Shown in pieces: positions 51,803 through 61,559 of a DNA stretch of 64,000 bases. Each line of letters opens with the position of its first letter. Position 1 is the stretch's first letter. The notes under the pieces were generated by a model. That model saw nothing but the letters and a program-made list of their open reading frames with translations, did no database searches and had not been told where the DNA came from. Position numbers and translations under genes: made by a program. Source of the stretch: a virus (Duplodnaviria > Caudoviricetes); IMG/VR virus record IMGVR_UViG_3300026512_000009, positions 124-64,123 of that record; one strand, given 5' to 3'.

Positions 51803-52240
51803 TCATTTTATATTTCCTTTATAAAATTTTCCTAATATGTTTTCATTTAAAAAGTTATCATCTTCAAGTACCTCATAAGCAAATAAAGCATGAGCTTCTT
51901 TAAAGGTTAAATATCTTTTAGTTTCACATAACATAAGTATAAGTTTTTCTATAACCTTTTCTTTATAAGGAGTCTTAAGACTTCCTTCATATGTTTTCCA
52001 ATTACTTTCTTTACTTATAATGTCATACGGTACTAATTTACCATTTTGTCTTTTCTTAATCCTTTTAGCATTCTCTCTAACCTCACCATTCTTTAAAGCT
52101 GGTAAGGTTTTGTTATCGTAAAAGGCTTTCTTACCTATATACTTCTTACCATCTGCATAAGTAAGCATATAAATAAAACCGAAATAGCCTTTAGGTATTT
52201 CAGTTAATTCTTTTCCTTGATAAACCCAATTCAAAACCAC
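51803..52240 (-). CDS. GIY-YIG-family (Seg-like) endonuclease-like protein
   Basis: GFIYMLT...KKYIGKK...WKTYEGS...E...N. Confidence 0.65.
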   Translation of the reverse strand: MVLNWVYQGKELTEIPKGYFGFIYMLTYADGKKYIGKKAFYDNKTLPALKNGEVRENAKRIKKRQNGKLVPYDIISKESNWKTYEGSLKTPYKEKVIEKLILMLCETKRYLTFKEAHALFAYEVLEDDNFLNENILGKFYKGNIK

Positions 52241-54384
52241 CTCCTTATTTGAGATAAGATAGTAACCTCTAACCTGTCTTCATCCATAGGATAAACCCAA
52301 TAATCATTAATTTCTCTCATAAGATCGATAATTTGTTCTTCAGACATACCTAAGTCTTTTGCGTGATAAGCTGCTCTAATAAGAGATCTACTACCTTCTC
52401 CACCTTTAGCTTCAAACGCATATTTAAAAGTATCGAATTTGTTATCTAACATTTTCTTTATTTCATTTTTAGTAGGAGCCTTTTTAGTTTTTACTTCTTG
52501 TTCTACTTTTTCAAGTAAGTGTTTAACTCTTAAAGGTTCTCCATCTAAAGTTGATAACACTTCTCTACCTTCATATGAATAATAAATTTGAGACTTAGGT
52601 AGTATATCTATTTTAATACCTAATTCATCTTGTACAGCTAACATAAACTTCTTCCATTTAATATCGTCTATATCTACTATAGAGTCTAACTCAATAAGTA
52701 CTCTAAATTTATAAGGATTTTCTGAATTACTTGTTCTAGCTATATGATGGTTTAAATCTTCTAATAGTAGATGAGCTTCTTCATCTGTAATATTAGAGTC
52801 ATCTACATCTAATACTATCCATTTAGTTCCTCCAACTATACAATCTTTACATCTCTTACCGTTTTTAAATTTAAAGTTACTATAAGCATAATCGTATCTC
52901 AACATATCTGCCAATTCATCAAACGTAGCTTCTATTACATCATAACCATCAGCTACTTTAGTTGCTCTTTCTTCTTTAGTTCCTGTAACTTCTTTTGCAC
53001 TAACTTCTACAGTTTCTGCTTTAACTAATTTCTCATAGCATACACCATCATCACATTCACTATAAATACCTTCTTTATCGTAACTATTAGCTAATTGTAC
53101 TAATTCTTTTAGTTTATTCATACCAGAAATATAACCCATCTTTTTCAAAGTATGTAAACTAATAGATAGTTTATTGCCATCAATAGCATGTTTACAGAAA
53201 TCTACGAATAGCTCATAAGGCTCTTTAATAAGTTCTTTTTCAAATTCTATTAAATCTTGATTAAAGTACTCTACTATGTCTATTGCTTGTACATAATCTG
53301 TAAGTTCTACTCTATCATGCCCATGAAGTATAGCTATATTACCACTTAGTTTTAAAGCTAACCACTGTTTATGTTTCCTAGATAGTCTACTAATAGGGTA
53401 TTGTAAACTAATTTCTTCCGATGTGATATTGTTATACTCTTTATAAACATCGAACATTCTCTGTGCTTCTATTGATAACAGTAGAGGTTCTTGGTTAGTA
53501 GAATGTACAATATCTTCAAATAACTCTTTTAATTCAGCTACATTCCCCATAGCTAACTCTCTTTCTTTTTCTCTATAAACATACAACTCATCTACAGTTT
53601 TAAACTTTAATGGTTGAGGTTTTTCATTAGTGAAACTAAAGATAGATCTTCTAGCTAACTGGGTGCTGAATACTAATTTGAATTTATTCTTTACACTTTG
53701 GTCATAAAGAATAGCATCTTGAGATCCAAAGAATAAAGCATTAACAGGTAAACATTCAATACTATCTGTTTGGTTTTCTTGAGCTTTTAAGATTTTACTA
53801 GGAATTTTACCTAAGTCGTATCCTATAGCTATAACTTTAATAATATCTACTAAATTAGGATTAGACAATAAATCACTACCTATTTCACTAGATTGTATAA
53901 ACCCTGCTCCTAAAGGTAAATCCTCTATAGCTTTAAAATGAGCTACTAACCCTTCTACTGTACCTAAACCAGCATATAACTCTTTAGGTTTTTTATAATA
54001 CTTTAACCATACAGAAGGCTCTTCTCCCATTTCTTCAGCTTCTTGCATTGCTTGTTGTTTTGCTAACTCTTTACGCATATCATTTAAGACTTCTAAAGCA
54101 TCTTTAAATACTTTTCTTACCATATTCATAGATGAGTCTTTACTTACACCACTCTTAGCTAAACTAAAAGTAATAGCATTACATGGTACAAGTGTTCCAT
54201 CATGAATTTGTATGTGTTTCCTTAAATGTGATGTGAAAGTTATTAGCTCACTTAACGCGATACTAACTTTTAAATGTTCAGGTATTTCTCCTGTAATAAC
54301 ACTAATTAACTTATGTACAAAATCAGGAAGTTTTCCTGATAATGCACCATTAGTTACTAGTTCCTTTTTTAACATTTTCTTCAT
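52231..54384 (-). CDS. N4 gp43-like DNA primase (N-terminal NTPase-like domain, AEP-type primase domain, PriCT-like C-terminus)
   Basis: AKSGVSKD, LARRS, IVLDVD, RTS...KFRVLI, C-terminal helical domain; 717 aa. Confidence 0.8.
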   Translation of the reverse strand: MKKMLKKELVTNGALSGKLPDFVHKLISVITGEIPEHLKVSIALSELITFTSHLRKHIQIHDGTLVPCNAITFSLAKSGVSKDSSMNMVRKVFKDALEVLNDMRKELAKQQAMQEAEEMGEEPSVWLKYYKKPKELYAGLGTVEGLVAHFKAIEDLPLGAGFIQSSEIGSDLLSNPNLVDIIKVIAIGYDLGKIPSKILKAQENQTDSIECLPVNALFFGSQDAILYDQSVKNKFKLVFSTQLARRSIFSFTNEKPQPLKFKTVDELYVYREKERELAMGNVAELKELFEDIVHSTNQEPLLLSIEAQRMFDVYKEYNNITSEEISLQYPISRLSRKHKQWLALKLSGNIAILHGHDRVELTDYVQAIDIVEYFNQDLIEFEKELIKEPYELFVDFCKHAIDGNKLSISLHTLKKMGYISGMNKLKELVQLANSYDKEGIYSECDDGVCYEKLVKAETVEVSAKEVTGTKEERATKVADGYDVIEATFDELADMLRYDYAYSNFKFKNGKRCKDCIVGGTKWIVLDVDDSNITDEEAHLLLEDLNHHIARTSNSENPYKFRVLIELDSIVDIDDIKWKKFMLAVQDELGIKIDILPKSQIYYSYEGREVLSTLDGEPLRVKHLLEKVEQEVKTKKAPTKNEIKKMLDNKFDTFKYAFEAKGGEGSRSLIRAAYHAKDLGMSEEQIIDLMREINDYWVYPMDEDRLEVTILSQIRRWF

Positions 54385-54577
54385 CTAATTTCTCCTTACA
54401 TAATAAACTTTTAAGTTTACTCCTATTCTCTACATACTCACATGAAGGCCCTAAAGCACTCTTAACATCTTCTTTAAATCTTATAATAATGTCATGTACA
54501 TAATCTGCTAACAAATCTAAATCATCTATATGTTTTAATCTTACTATTGTATGATAAACTTTTTCTTCTATTGACAT
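54350..54577 (-). CDS. Hypothetical protein
   Basis: ORF with RBS. Confidence 0.55.
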   Translation of the reverse strand: MSIEEKVYHTIVRLKHIDDLDLLADYVHDIIIRFKEDVKSALGPSCEYVENRSKLKSLLCKEKLDEENVKKGTSN

Positions 54578-54586
54578 TTTATCTCC

Positions 54587-54982
54587 TTAAATTAAATCGT
54601 ATAATTCAATTAACTCTTCTTTAGTTAGTTTGTTAAAAGATTTATTAAAATGGTAATCACTTTCACGATCTAAATCTATTTCATCTTTAAAACCTTCTAA
54701 AATCTCTTTTAATCTCCATTTAGGTATGTGTTCTATATCATATACTAAAGCGTATACATTAGTACCGTCGTGATGACTAATTTTCACTTCTAATTGATTA
54801 TTATCATATTGTGTTATATGAATATCTCCATCTGTAGCCCTACTAAGAAAATCTTTAAAAGTATCACCAGCTTTCTGAAAAAAGTAAGGAACAGTTCCTT
54901 CCCATAAGTCTAAATAACCTCCTATAAGGTAGAAAGGTCCTGGTAATTTACAAGCTTTTTCATAATCTATAGATCTATTCAT
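54587..54982 (-). CDS. Hypothetical protein (SHHDGTN motif)
   Basis: 131-aa ORF. Confidence 0.6.
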   Translation of the reverse strand: MNRSIDYEKACKLPGPFYLIGGYLDLWEGTVPYFFQKAGDTFKDFLSRATDGDIHITQYDNNQLEVKISHHDGTNVYALVYDIEHIPKWRLKEILEGFKDEIDLDRESDYHFNKSFNKLTKEELIELYDLI

Positions 54983-55251
54983 TATATATCCTTATTTATA
55001 TCCATAATATGATCATAAAAATCTTTTTTAGTTCTAAATATACGAGTATCTTCACAATTCTCTACTTCACTATATTCGCAATAACTTCCTTCCCTTTTAA
55101 AGGTATAACATATCGTAGTATCTTCTCCTTCTTTAACAGTAACTACTATATACTCAACTACAGCTTTAATTAGTTTTCCGTATTCATCAACATAAAACAA
55201 CTCTTCCCCTATATTATATTTAGTTTTTATTTTCATATTTTTATCCTTCAC
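54982..55251 (-). CDS. Hypothetical protein
   Basis: KTKYNIGEELFY start. Confidence 0.6.
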   Translation of the reverse strand: MKDKNMKIKTKYNIGEELFYVDEYGKLIKAVVEYIVVTVKEGEDTTICYTFKREGSYCEYSEVENCEDTRIFRTKKDFYDHIMDINKDI

Positions 55252-55651
55252 CTCTAAATATTACTCTGAAAGAACTACTTTCAGTATTTCTCCAATCTGT
55301 AACACATTCTGAAAATTCAGATATAATCTTTTTATTGACAACTTCAGTAAAATATCCTGGAGTATCCGGACTAGATGTTTCAAACACCAATCTATTCACA
55401 TACCCTTCAATTACAACACCTGTATTATCATCTCTAATGAATAAAACTTCTACTAATAGATTATGACCTAAATCCATTTCTTTTTTGTCAAGAACTAATT
55501 TACCTTTATAGAAATCTCCTAAGGGTTTACCTGTTTTTCTATCAAATTCTCTATGTCCTGATAATATGATTTTATCATCAGTCAAGTCTACAATTTTACA
55601 CCAACCTTGGTTATAAGGTGTTTCTAAATATACTAAATCTCCTACTTTCAT
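55241..55651 (-). CDS. Hypothetical protein
   Basis: MKVGDLVY...FDRKTG. Confidence 0.6.
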   Translation of the reverse strand: MKVGDLVYLETPYNQGWCKIVDLTDDKIILSGHREFDRKTGKPLGDFYKGKLVLDKKEMDLGHNLLVEVLFIRDDNTGVVIEGYVNRLVFETSSPDTPGYFTEVVNKKIISEFSECVTDWRNTESSSFRVIFRGEG

Positions 55652-55908
55652 TTTATCTCCCTTATCGCTATTATATTGAAATATTCTTCAACATCAATTG
55701 AACTAAACTTATGTAAATCATCATTTTCATCAATAGATATATAAATCTTATTTTTCTTTATTTCTAATAAAGTGTATGTATATCCTTTAAAGTAAGAAAT
55801 ATCTAATGCATTTGAGTCAAGTAAAGTTTGGTTTTCATTTTCCCATATATCACTAGCACATACTTCCATTATTAAAGTCTTTTTACATTCTACTTTAAGT
55901 AATCTCAT
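55648..55908 (-). CDS. Hypothetical protein
   Basis: 86-aa ORF. Confidence 0.55.
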   Translation of the reverse strand: MRLLKVECKKTLIMEVCASDIWENENQTLLDSNALDISYFKGYTYTLLEIKKNKIYISIDENDDLHKFSSIDVEEYFNIIAIREIK

Positions 55909-56195
55909 GGCATATACCTTTGTATTAATTTTTCTAATTTTCTTAAATCCTTAAAAGTTATACCGTCATAACCATATGCTTTATTATCGATATAGTAAGG
56001 TGATCCTTCTTCTAATAGAAAAATTAAAGAATCTCTAATCTTATCTTTATATAGGTCTAAAACTGCCCATACAATATAATAACTAGGGCATTCACTAGGT
56101 TCAGCACTAGTTTTAGCATGGGCTTTAGCCTCTCTATATGAAATACCAAATTTATTACACAACTTCTTAGCTAATCTTTTTTGTTTTTTGTTCAT
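55905..56195 (-). CDS. Hypothetical protein
   Basis: 96-aa ORF. Confidence 0.55.
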   Translation of the reverse strand: MNKKQKRLAKKLCNKFGISYREAKAHAKTSAEPSECPSYYIVWAVLDLYKDKIRDSLIFLLEEGSPYYIDNKAYGYDGITFKDLRKLEKLIQRYMP

Positions 56196-56454
56196 TGTAC
56201 AACTCCTGTGCTATATCAAACCAATCTAAATTAAAATCTTCAACGCTAATATCAATTACTCCATAAGTTTTAGGTAAACAATCATTACCCTCTTCATAAG
56301 GAATGCATTCACCATATTCTACAGTCACATATCTGTGTCCTTTAGACAACATATCATTAATAATTTCTTGTCTTATAGAACTGTCAGGGTCATTAAGAAT
56401 TTCAATAACCTCTTCAGCTGTTGTAGCATCTATCCAAAAGTTCTCTTCTTTCAT
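56167..56454 (-). CDS. Acidic hypothetical protein, paralog of 35260-35547
   Basis: Shared VTVEYG block; same length (95 aa). Confidence 0.7.
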   Translation of the reverse strand: MKEENFWIDATTAEEVIEILNDPDSSIRQEIINDMLSKGHRYVTVEYGECIPYEEGNDCLPKTYGVIDISVEDFNLDWFDIAQELYNEQKTKKIS

Positions 56455-56981
56455 TTTAAAACCTTATGTACGATTCTATCAATAACATTTACCATATCAT
56501 CCCAATTTTTAAATACTGAAATTCCATAAATTTCTATATAAGATGTATATAACTTTTTAACATATTCAAGTTGATTGTCTACAAACTTACCTGTAACTGC
56601 ATAACCTAAACTTTGTCCTACCATATCAAGCACAAATAGTAATTTAGCTCCTGTAGATAAACCGTTATCTTCTAACTCTTTAAACTGCATTTCTTGTACT
56701 TTAAGTTCATCTTCTAAGCTAAATGATAGATCATATATATAATGGTATTCATCATGCCATAGTCTAGCAAGTAAATTTAAACTAGCACCTGCCGGTAATA
56801 ACGAATATATAGTATTATTATTAGACTCATCAGCTAAAATTTCCATAGTTTTCTTATCTGTGTTTACACATTCTTCTCTCCATCTACTGTATTTAGATAC
56901 TTCTTTAGTCATTAATTCCATTGTAAATTTATAATCTCTATTAATCATAAAAGTCGCTAATTCTTTAACTGCTCTTTTCAT
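56451..56981 (-). CDS. Hypothetical protein (RLWHDEYH motif)
   Basis: 176-aa ORF with RBS. Confidence 0.6.
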   Translation of the reverse strand: MKRAVKELATFMINRDYKFTMELMTKEVSKYSRWREECVNTDKKTMEILADESNNNTIYSLLPAGASLNLLARLWHDEYHYIYDLSFSLEDELKVQEMQFKELEDNGLSTGAKLLFVLDMVGQSLGYAVTGKFVDNQLEYVKKLYTSYIEIYGISVFKNWDDMVNVIDRIVHKVLK

Positions 56982-57041
56982 GTTTGTCTCCTTGATGTAT
57001 ATTTTCTTCTTTTATATTCTGCTTATCACAATATAAGCATT

Positions 57042-57350
57042 TCATTTACAACCTTTCAATTCGTTTAATAAAGCTTGATTGAAATCTATAGCTTTCCATA
57101 CAGCGTTTAACCTTTTTTCAGCTAATTGGTACTCGCTATACTCTTCATCCTCTTTTAGTTCAATACTAAACTTATCCTGTCCTATAGCTTGATTCAATTC
57201 TCTCGCTAATTTCTTAGCTAATCTAATCTTTTCTTTTAAAGCACCTATATAAGTTAAATTAGTAAAATGACAAGCTTTAACTCCGTATAAGTATTCACTA
57301 TCATCAATTTTACGACTTAAACTTATAATTCTATCTATTTTATCACTCAT
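57042..57350 (-). CDS. Hypothetical protein
   Basis: 102-aa ORF. Confidence 0.6.
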   Translation of the reverse strand: MSDKIDRIISLSRKIDDSEYLYGVKACHFTNLTYIGALKEKIRLAKKLARELNQAIGQDKFSIELKEDEEYSEYQLAEKRLNAVWKAIDFNQALLNELKGCK

Positions 57351-57708
57351 TGTTACCCTTTCTGTTTAAGATACTTAATATAGCTTCATGCAATTCTAAA
57401 GCACATTTAACTATATCTTTATTAACACATTCATACATATTTATACTATATTTATCAAAACCGTAATTTTCATCTGTGAATTCTAATTTAGTATGATATA
57501 GATCACTTATTTTTGTTAAATCAAATATTATTTTAATAAATAATCCTTTCTTGATTTCTACTTGATACATAAACATTTCATATATAAATTTAAGTTCTTC
57601 TACAGGTTCAGAAATACTTGCTTTTTCTAATACTCTAATTATGTCCAATTTACGTATTTCTTTTACTTTATCTCTAAATAGTTCCATTTCTTTTATTACA
57701 TCTGACAT
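57343..57708 (-). CDS. Hypothetical protein
   Basis: 121-aa ORF with RBS. Confidence 0.6.
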   Translation of the reverse strand: MSDVIKEMELFRDKVKEIRKLDIIRVLEKASISEPVEELKFIYEMFMYQVEIKKGLFIKIIFDLTKISDLYHTKLEFTDENYGFDKYSINMYECVNKDIVKCALELHEAILSILNRKGNNE

Positions 57709-57736
57709 TTTTATCCTTTATCTGTAAATTACTTAC

Positions 57737-58261
57737 TTACTTAAAAGTAGAATTATGTTTATTTAACCATTTAAAATATCTTTTTAAATATTTTACTTTT
57801 TTTACTATATTTCTATAATATCTTATATTTCCTTTATGTCCACCATTATATGAACTAATCATATATTTCCACAAATACCTTTTATTTCTAACTTTCCAAT
57901 AACCTTTCCAATAGTGTAATTCTGCTATTGCTTGTTGTAAAGCAAATTCTTTATCTCTAATCAACCTTTCAAGTATTCTACTCTGGTTCCATTGATTAGG
58001 AGTTAATTCTAATCTATAACATACTGAACCAAGAAGGTTATGGAATAATCCTCCTGATGGATCAGATAAGTTGATAGGATACTTACCAAAAGCACTTTCT
58101 TGCCAAGCAATAGCTGTAAGAGTCAATTCTAAATCGTACTTTTTACCTTGCTTGTATACCCATATTAGATTAGTATACTGCTTTTTAGATAAAGAGTCTA
58201 TCTCTTTAAAAGGAGAAGCATAAAGAGAAAAAGTAAGTAAAACTAATAAAAGTTTTAACAT
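57737..58261 (-). CDS. Secreted lytic-transglycosylase (SLT)-like protein
   Basis: Signal-peptide-like N-terminus; AIAWQESAFG (catalytic Glu) and SYNGG motifs. Confidence 0.75.
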   Translation of the reverse strand: MLKLLLVLLTFSLYASPFKEIDSLSKKQYTNLIWVYKQGKKYDLELTLTAIAWQESAFGKYPINLSDPSGGLFHNLLGSVCYRLELTPNQWNQSRILERLIRDKEFALQQAIAELHYWKGYWKVRNKRYLWKYMISSYNGGHKGNIRYYRNIVKKVKYLKRYFKWLNKHNSTFK

Positions 58262-58845
58262 ACTATTTTTAACTCTCTTTTAATGTCTAAAGTATCATTC
58301 TCTAATTTTAATTTTTTATTATATAAATTAAACACCCTATCTCTGATAGGTGATTTACCAACTAGTTTATTATACACATCACAAGTTTTTTCTTGAGGTA
58401 CACTATTCATGTGTACATATTTTTCACCCGTATCTAAAGTTTCTTTTAGTGTAGCTTTATATTCGCCATCTTCACCAACTTGTATAACAATATATACTAT
58501 ATTTCGAGATTTTGAATAGCTGTAATCCGTATCAATATACACTAAATCATTTTTCTCTACGATATCTAACTGTTCTTTAATGTTTTCTATATCCTGTCCC
58601 ATAGATAATAACTTATCTATTTTATCTTTATTTGCAATTATGTTAGTGTATAGATAGTCGGTAATAAGTAATTCTCTTTCTGCTTTAGTTAGTTTATTAC
58701 CTATCTCTAAATCACTTACTTGTACTATCTGTTTAGTACATTTACCTACTAACCAAATATGTCTATCTACTCTACTAACTGTAAAGTCTTTACCGAACCC
58801 GTGATCTTGTAGTATTTTTTCTGCTTCTTTTCTAAATAGTACCAT
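58255..58845 (-). CDS. Hypothetical protein
   Basis: 196-aa ORF with RBS. Confidence 0.6.
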   Translation of the reverse strand: MVLFRKEAEKILQDHGFGKDFTVSRVDRHIWLVGKCTKQIVQVSDLEIGNKLTKAERELLITDYLYTNIIANKDKIDKLLSMGQDIENIKEQLDIVEKNDLVYIDTDYSYSKSRNIVYIVIQVGEDGEYKATLKETLDTGEKYVHMNSVPQEKTCDVYNKLVGKSPIRDRVFNLYNKKLKLENDTLDIKRELKIVC

Positions 58846-58970
58846 TTTTCTTCCTTTTAAATTTCTGTTAATTCTTTATAATGCATTATACTTTTTTCAG
58901 TATATTCCAATTTAGTTTCTAACCCATCTAATTTCTTCTGTATATCAATAACAGCTCTTCTAATACCATT

Positions 58971-59504
58971 TTATCCTCCTATTGTATATTGATTAAATAA
59001 ATGAGGAGCTATCTGTTCCTCTACAACTAATTCACTACACTTATACTTATTAGATAGTCGAGGTCTCATGTCCTCTATCCAATACTCTGATTTATTCTCT
59101 TGCCTATTTAATTCCTCTAATAAAGGTTTAATAGGTACAATAAATTGCTTTACAGCACCTTTATTAGTTCTAAATCTCAACCTAGCTTTCATTTGTCTTC
59201 CTTTTAATGTTTTTTGTATAGGTGGCATAATTACTACCTTATCTGGATATTTGATTTTAAGACCTATTTTATCTGATAGATCAAAATCTTTATATATATA
59301 CTCTTTAGCTAAAAAGTATATGTATTTACCTTGTTTGTTCTTTTTATTATTAAAGATTTTAACATCAGTAACACGTAACCAGCTATGATCTTTATAAAAG
59401 ACATAGCCTTTTGCAGTTAACTTATGTATATCTTTAATTAAAAGCATAGTATCACCGTTACGGTAACTAAACCTAACAGTGACAGCTTTAAGTACTAACA
59501 GCAT
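58971..59504 (-). CDS. Basic hypothetical protein
   Basis: 177-aa ORF with AAGGAG RBS. Confidence 0.6.
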   Translation of the reverse strand: MLLVLKAVTVRFSYRNGDTMLLIKDIHKLTAKGYVFYKDHSWLRVTDVKIFNNKKNKQGKYIYFLAKEYIYKDFDLSDKIGLKIKYPDKVVIMPPIQKTLKGRQMKARLRFRTNKGAVKQFIVPIKPLLEELNRQENKSEYWIEDMRPRLSNKYKCSELVVEEQIAPHLFNQYTIGG

Positions 59505-59601
59505 AATTTCTCCTTAGTATAACTCTGCATAACCTAGACACAGAGTCTCTCTTTCGATGGACCTCTACTACTGAGCTACAGGGTAATAATACCTACTAAG
59601 A

Positions 59602-59976
59602 TTACTCTTGAGTAGGTTGTACAGGAACAAGATTTTTATTCTCTTTCTTATCTTTTTCCTTATTTTCTTCTTTTGGTTTTTCTGTTTCTTCGAAACTAAA
59701 CATTTTATATACACCAGATCTTACCATAGCTGCTTTTGTTTTAGCATCAGCTTTTAGAAACTGATCTCTTATAGCTATAATCTCTTCATGAGTCAATTCA
59801 TCATGAAACCAACTCACTACGGCATCTATAGACCCATTAAAGAAACCTTTAATAGTCTCTACCATATCAGGACTTACTAATACTTTTATAAAATCTATAA
59901 CTATTTCTCCTATCCTTATTAGGATAGTAACACCATTTCTTACTACTGCGATAACACCTTGTACTAATTCTTTCAT
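59602..59976 (-). CDS. Paralog of early gene 2400-2699
   Basis: GFFNGSIDAVVSWFHD...RDQFLKADAKTKAAMVR. Confidence 0.75.
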   Translation of the reverse strand: MKELVQGVIAVVRNGVTILIRIGEIVIDFIKVLVSPDMVETIKGFFNGSIDAVVSWFHDELTHEEIIAIRDQFLKADAKTKAAMVRSGVYKMFSFEETEKPKEENKEKDKKENKNLVPVQPTQE

Positions 59977-59992
59977 CCATCTTCCTTTAAAC

Positions 59993-60814
59993 TTAAAACT
60001 TAATAGCTTTAATTAACATTTCAAGAGATTTTTTATCTTTAGCTACAGCAAAAAATTTTCCATTATGAATAAATTCTACTCCAGGTATCTGTTCTTTAAG
60101 AGCTGGATCGATACCTATTTCAAACTCAAAACTTCCTGGTTCTACTGGTACTGCTTGAATTTTATATTTATCTTGTACTTTATCATACCAAGCAAAGAAG
60201 TTACAATCTGCACCAGTAGCGTCAGTCAGTACTTGATCCCACATAGGAATGAAATCATCTGACCATCTAACAGTTACTCTATTATTATAAGTAACACAAA
60301 CTGTACTTTTTACAGTTTCTGAAGCTTTATTGATTTTGTCTTGTTCACTCTTAAAAGCTGTAATGTATTTAACGGTCAAATCAACAGCATAATCAAAAGC
60401 TTCTTCTTGCTCCTGACTATAAGGATTATCTGTATTTAAGTATTTAATCATGCTAACAAAACTATGAGGTTCAGCTTTTTCTATACCTATATCGTTTAGG
60501 TCTACTTGTACAACTAATTCGCATATACTTGGGTATATATAATCAGCTTCACCTATAACATACTTCCAAATCAACCCTGCACTAGCCATAGGCACAGTTT
60601 TAGGGTCTAAATGGTGATGATCAAACCATTTAATCTCATTATAATGGCTACCTATATCTATTATATAGTCAAAACTACCTAATTCTTCAGCTGGTGTTTG
60701 ATGATTAACTCTTGTAACTTCAAAAGTTTCATCTGTATAAAAGCTTTTTAGTAGTGCTATTGCTACTACTTCGTCTGCATGAAATATTCCGTTATGTGTT
60801 ACTATTTTCTTCAT
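59993..60814 (-). CDS. MYG1-family (DHH-type) exonuclease
   Basis: IVTHNGIFHADEV, IDIG, FDHH, SAGLIW, FIHNGKF. Confidence 0.88.
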   Translation of the reverse strand: MKKIVTHNGIFHADEVVAIALLKSFYTDETFEVTRVNHQTPAEELGSFDYIIDIGSHYNEIKWFDHHHLDPKTVPMASAGLIWKYVIGEADYIYPSICELVVQVDLNDIGIEKAEPHSFVSMIKYLNTDNPYSQEQEEAFDYAVDLTVKYITAFKSEQDKINKASETVKSTVCVTYNNRVTVRWSDDFIPMWDQVLTDATGADCNFFAWYDKVQDKYKIQAVPVEPGSFEFEIGIDPALKEQIPGVEFIHNGKFFAVAKDKKSLEMLIKAIKF

Positions 60815-60862
60815 ATTAATCCTTTATTTGTTGTATATGTATATGTGCAAATAAAGAAACTC

Positions 60863-61006
60863 TCATACGAGAATTTCTTTTAGATGAGATGGTACCTTGT
60901 TGAATTCTTCAAAACTAACAATATTAGCTCCTCCTGCAATTACTAACTCTGGATGACTTCCTCTAGGGAAGCTATAGTAAAACCCTTTATACTTAACTCT
61001 AGTCAT
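60863..61006 (-). CDS. 47-aa early protein, absent from the ORF track
   Basis: AAGGAG RBS; MTRVKYKGFYYSFPRGSHPELVIAGGANIVSFEEFNKVPSHLKEILV. Confidence 0.55.
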   Translation of the reverse strand: MTRVKYKGFYYSFPRGSHPELVIAGGANIVSFEEFNKVPSHLKEILV

Positions 61007-61161
61007 CTTATACTCCTTACTGTTAATTTATTTTGTAGAAATATATAAATATATCTCTATCAAATAAATTTTACTACTGTAAGTAGAGAGTACGCAAAAA
61101 TCGTTGATTTTTGGTACCCTCCACTGTACGTATTGGTATATGTAAGCTAAGAGAAATTAGA

Positions 61162-61479
61162 TCAGCTATACAGCTTCTCTAACTCACTTAACATATCCTC
61201 TTCTTCACCGAAGTCTCCAACTAAGTTGCTGTACTCTTCTTGCAGAGCCTCAGCCGGAGTCATAGCTAATAAGCTCTTAAGGTGGTTCAGATACCACTCC
61301 TGCCCCTTAGCCAACTCTTCCAAGGTTTTCTTACTACCCTCTTCTAGCTTCTTCTCAGCTAATTGAAGAGCCAAAACCTCTATATCGTCATCGTCTAAAT
61401 CTTTTAGATTTAGTTCCTTAGCCTTACTCAACTTGAATTTCAACGACTTATAAGCCATCGATTGGACTACTTTATTCAT
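61162..61479 (-). CDS. Acidic early protein
   Basis: 105 aa; directly downstream of the N4-type hairpin promoter. Confidence 0.7.
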   Translation of the reverse strand: MNKVVQSMAYKSLKFKLSKAKELNLKDLDDDDIEVLALQLAEKKLEEGSKKTLEELAKGQEWYLNHLKSLLAMTPAEALQEEYSNLVGDFGEEEDMLSELEKLYS

Positions 61480-61529
61480 TACTTATCCTTATATATATAA
61501 ATTTCGAACAACAACTTGTTTGTTGTTCA

Positions 61530-61547
61530 CAATAAGTGCGAAGCACT
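61530..61547 (-). promoter_or_regulatory. N4-type vRNAP hairpin promoter
   Basis: Template strand 5'-C AATA AGTGC GAA GCACT-3': 5-bp stem, C-GAA-G triloop, 4-nt spacer, template C at +1 (61530). Confidence 0.75.
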
Positions 61548-61559
61548 AGTAGAATTTAG

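Noticed and set aside
59520-59585. Functional tRNA gene
   Set aside because: It lacks the T-arm consensus, anticodon arm and CCA; kept only as a low-interest finding.
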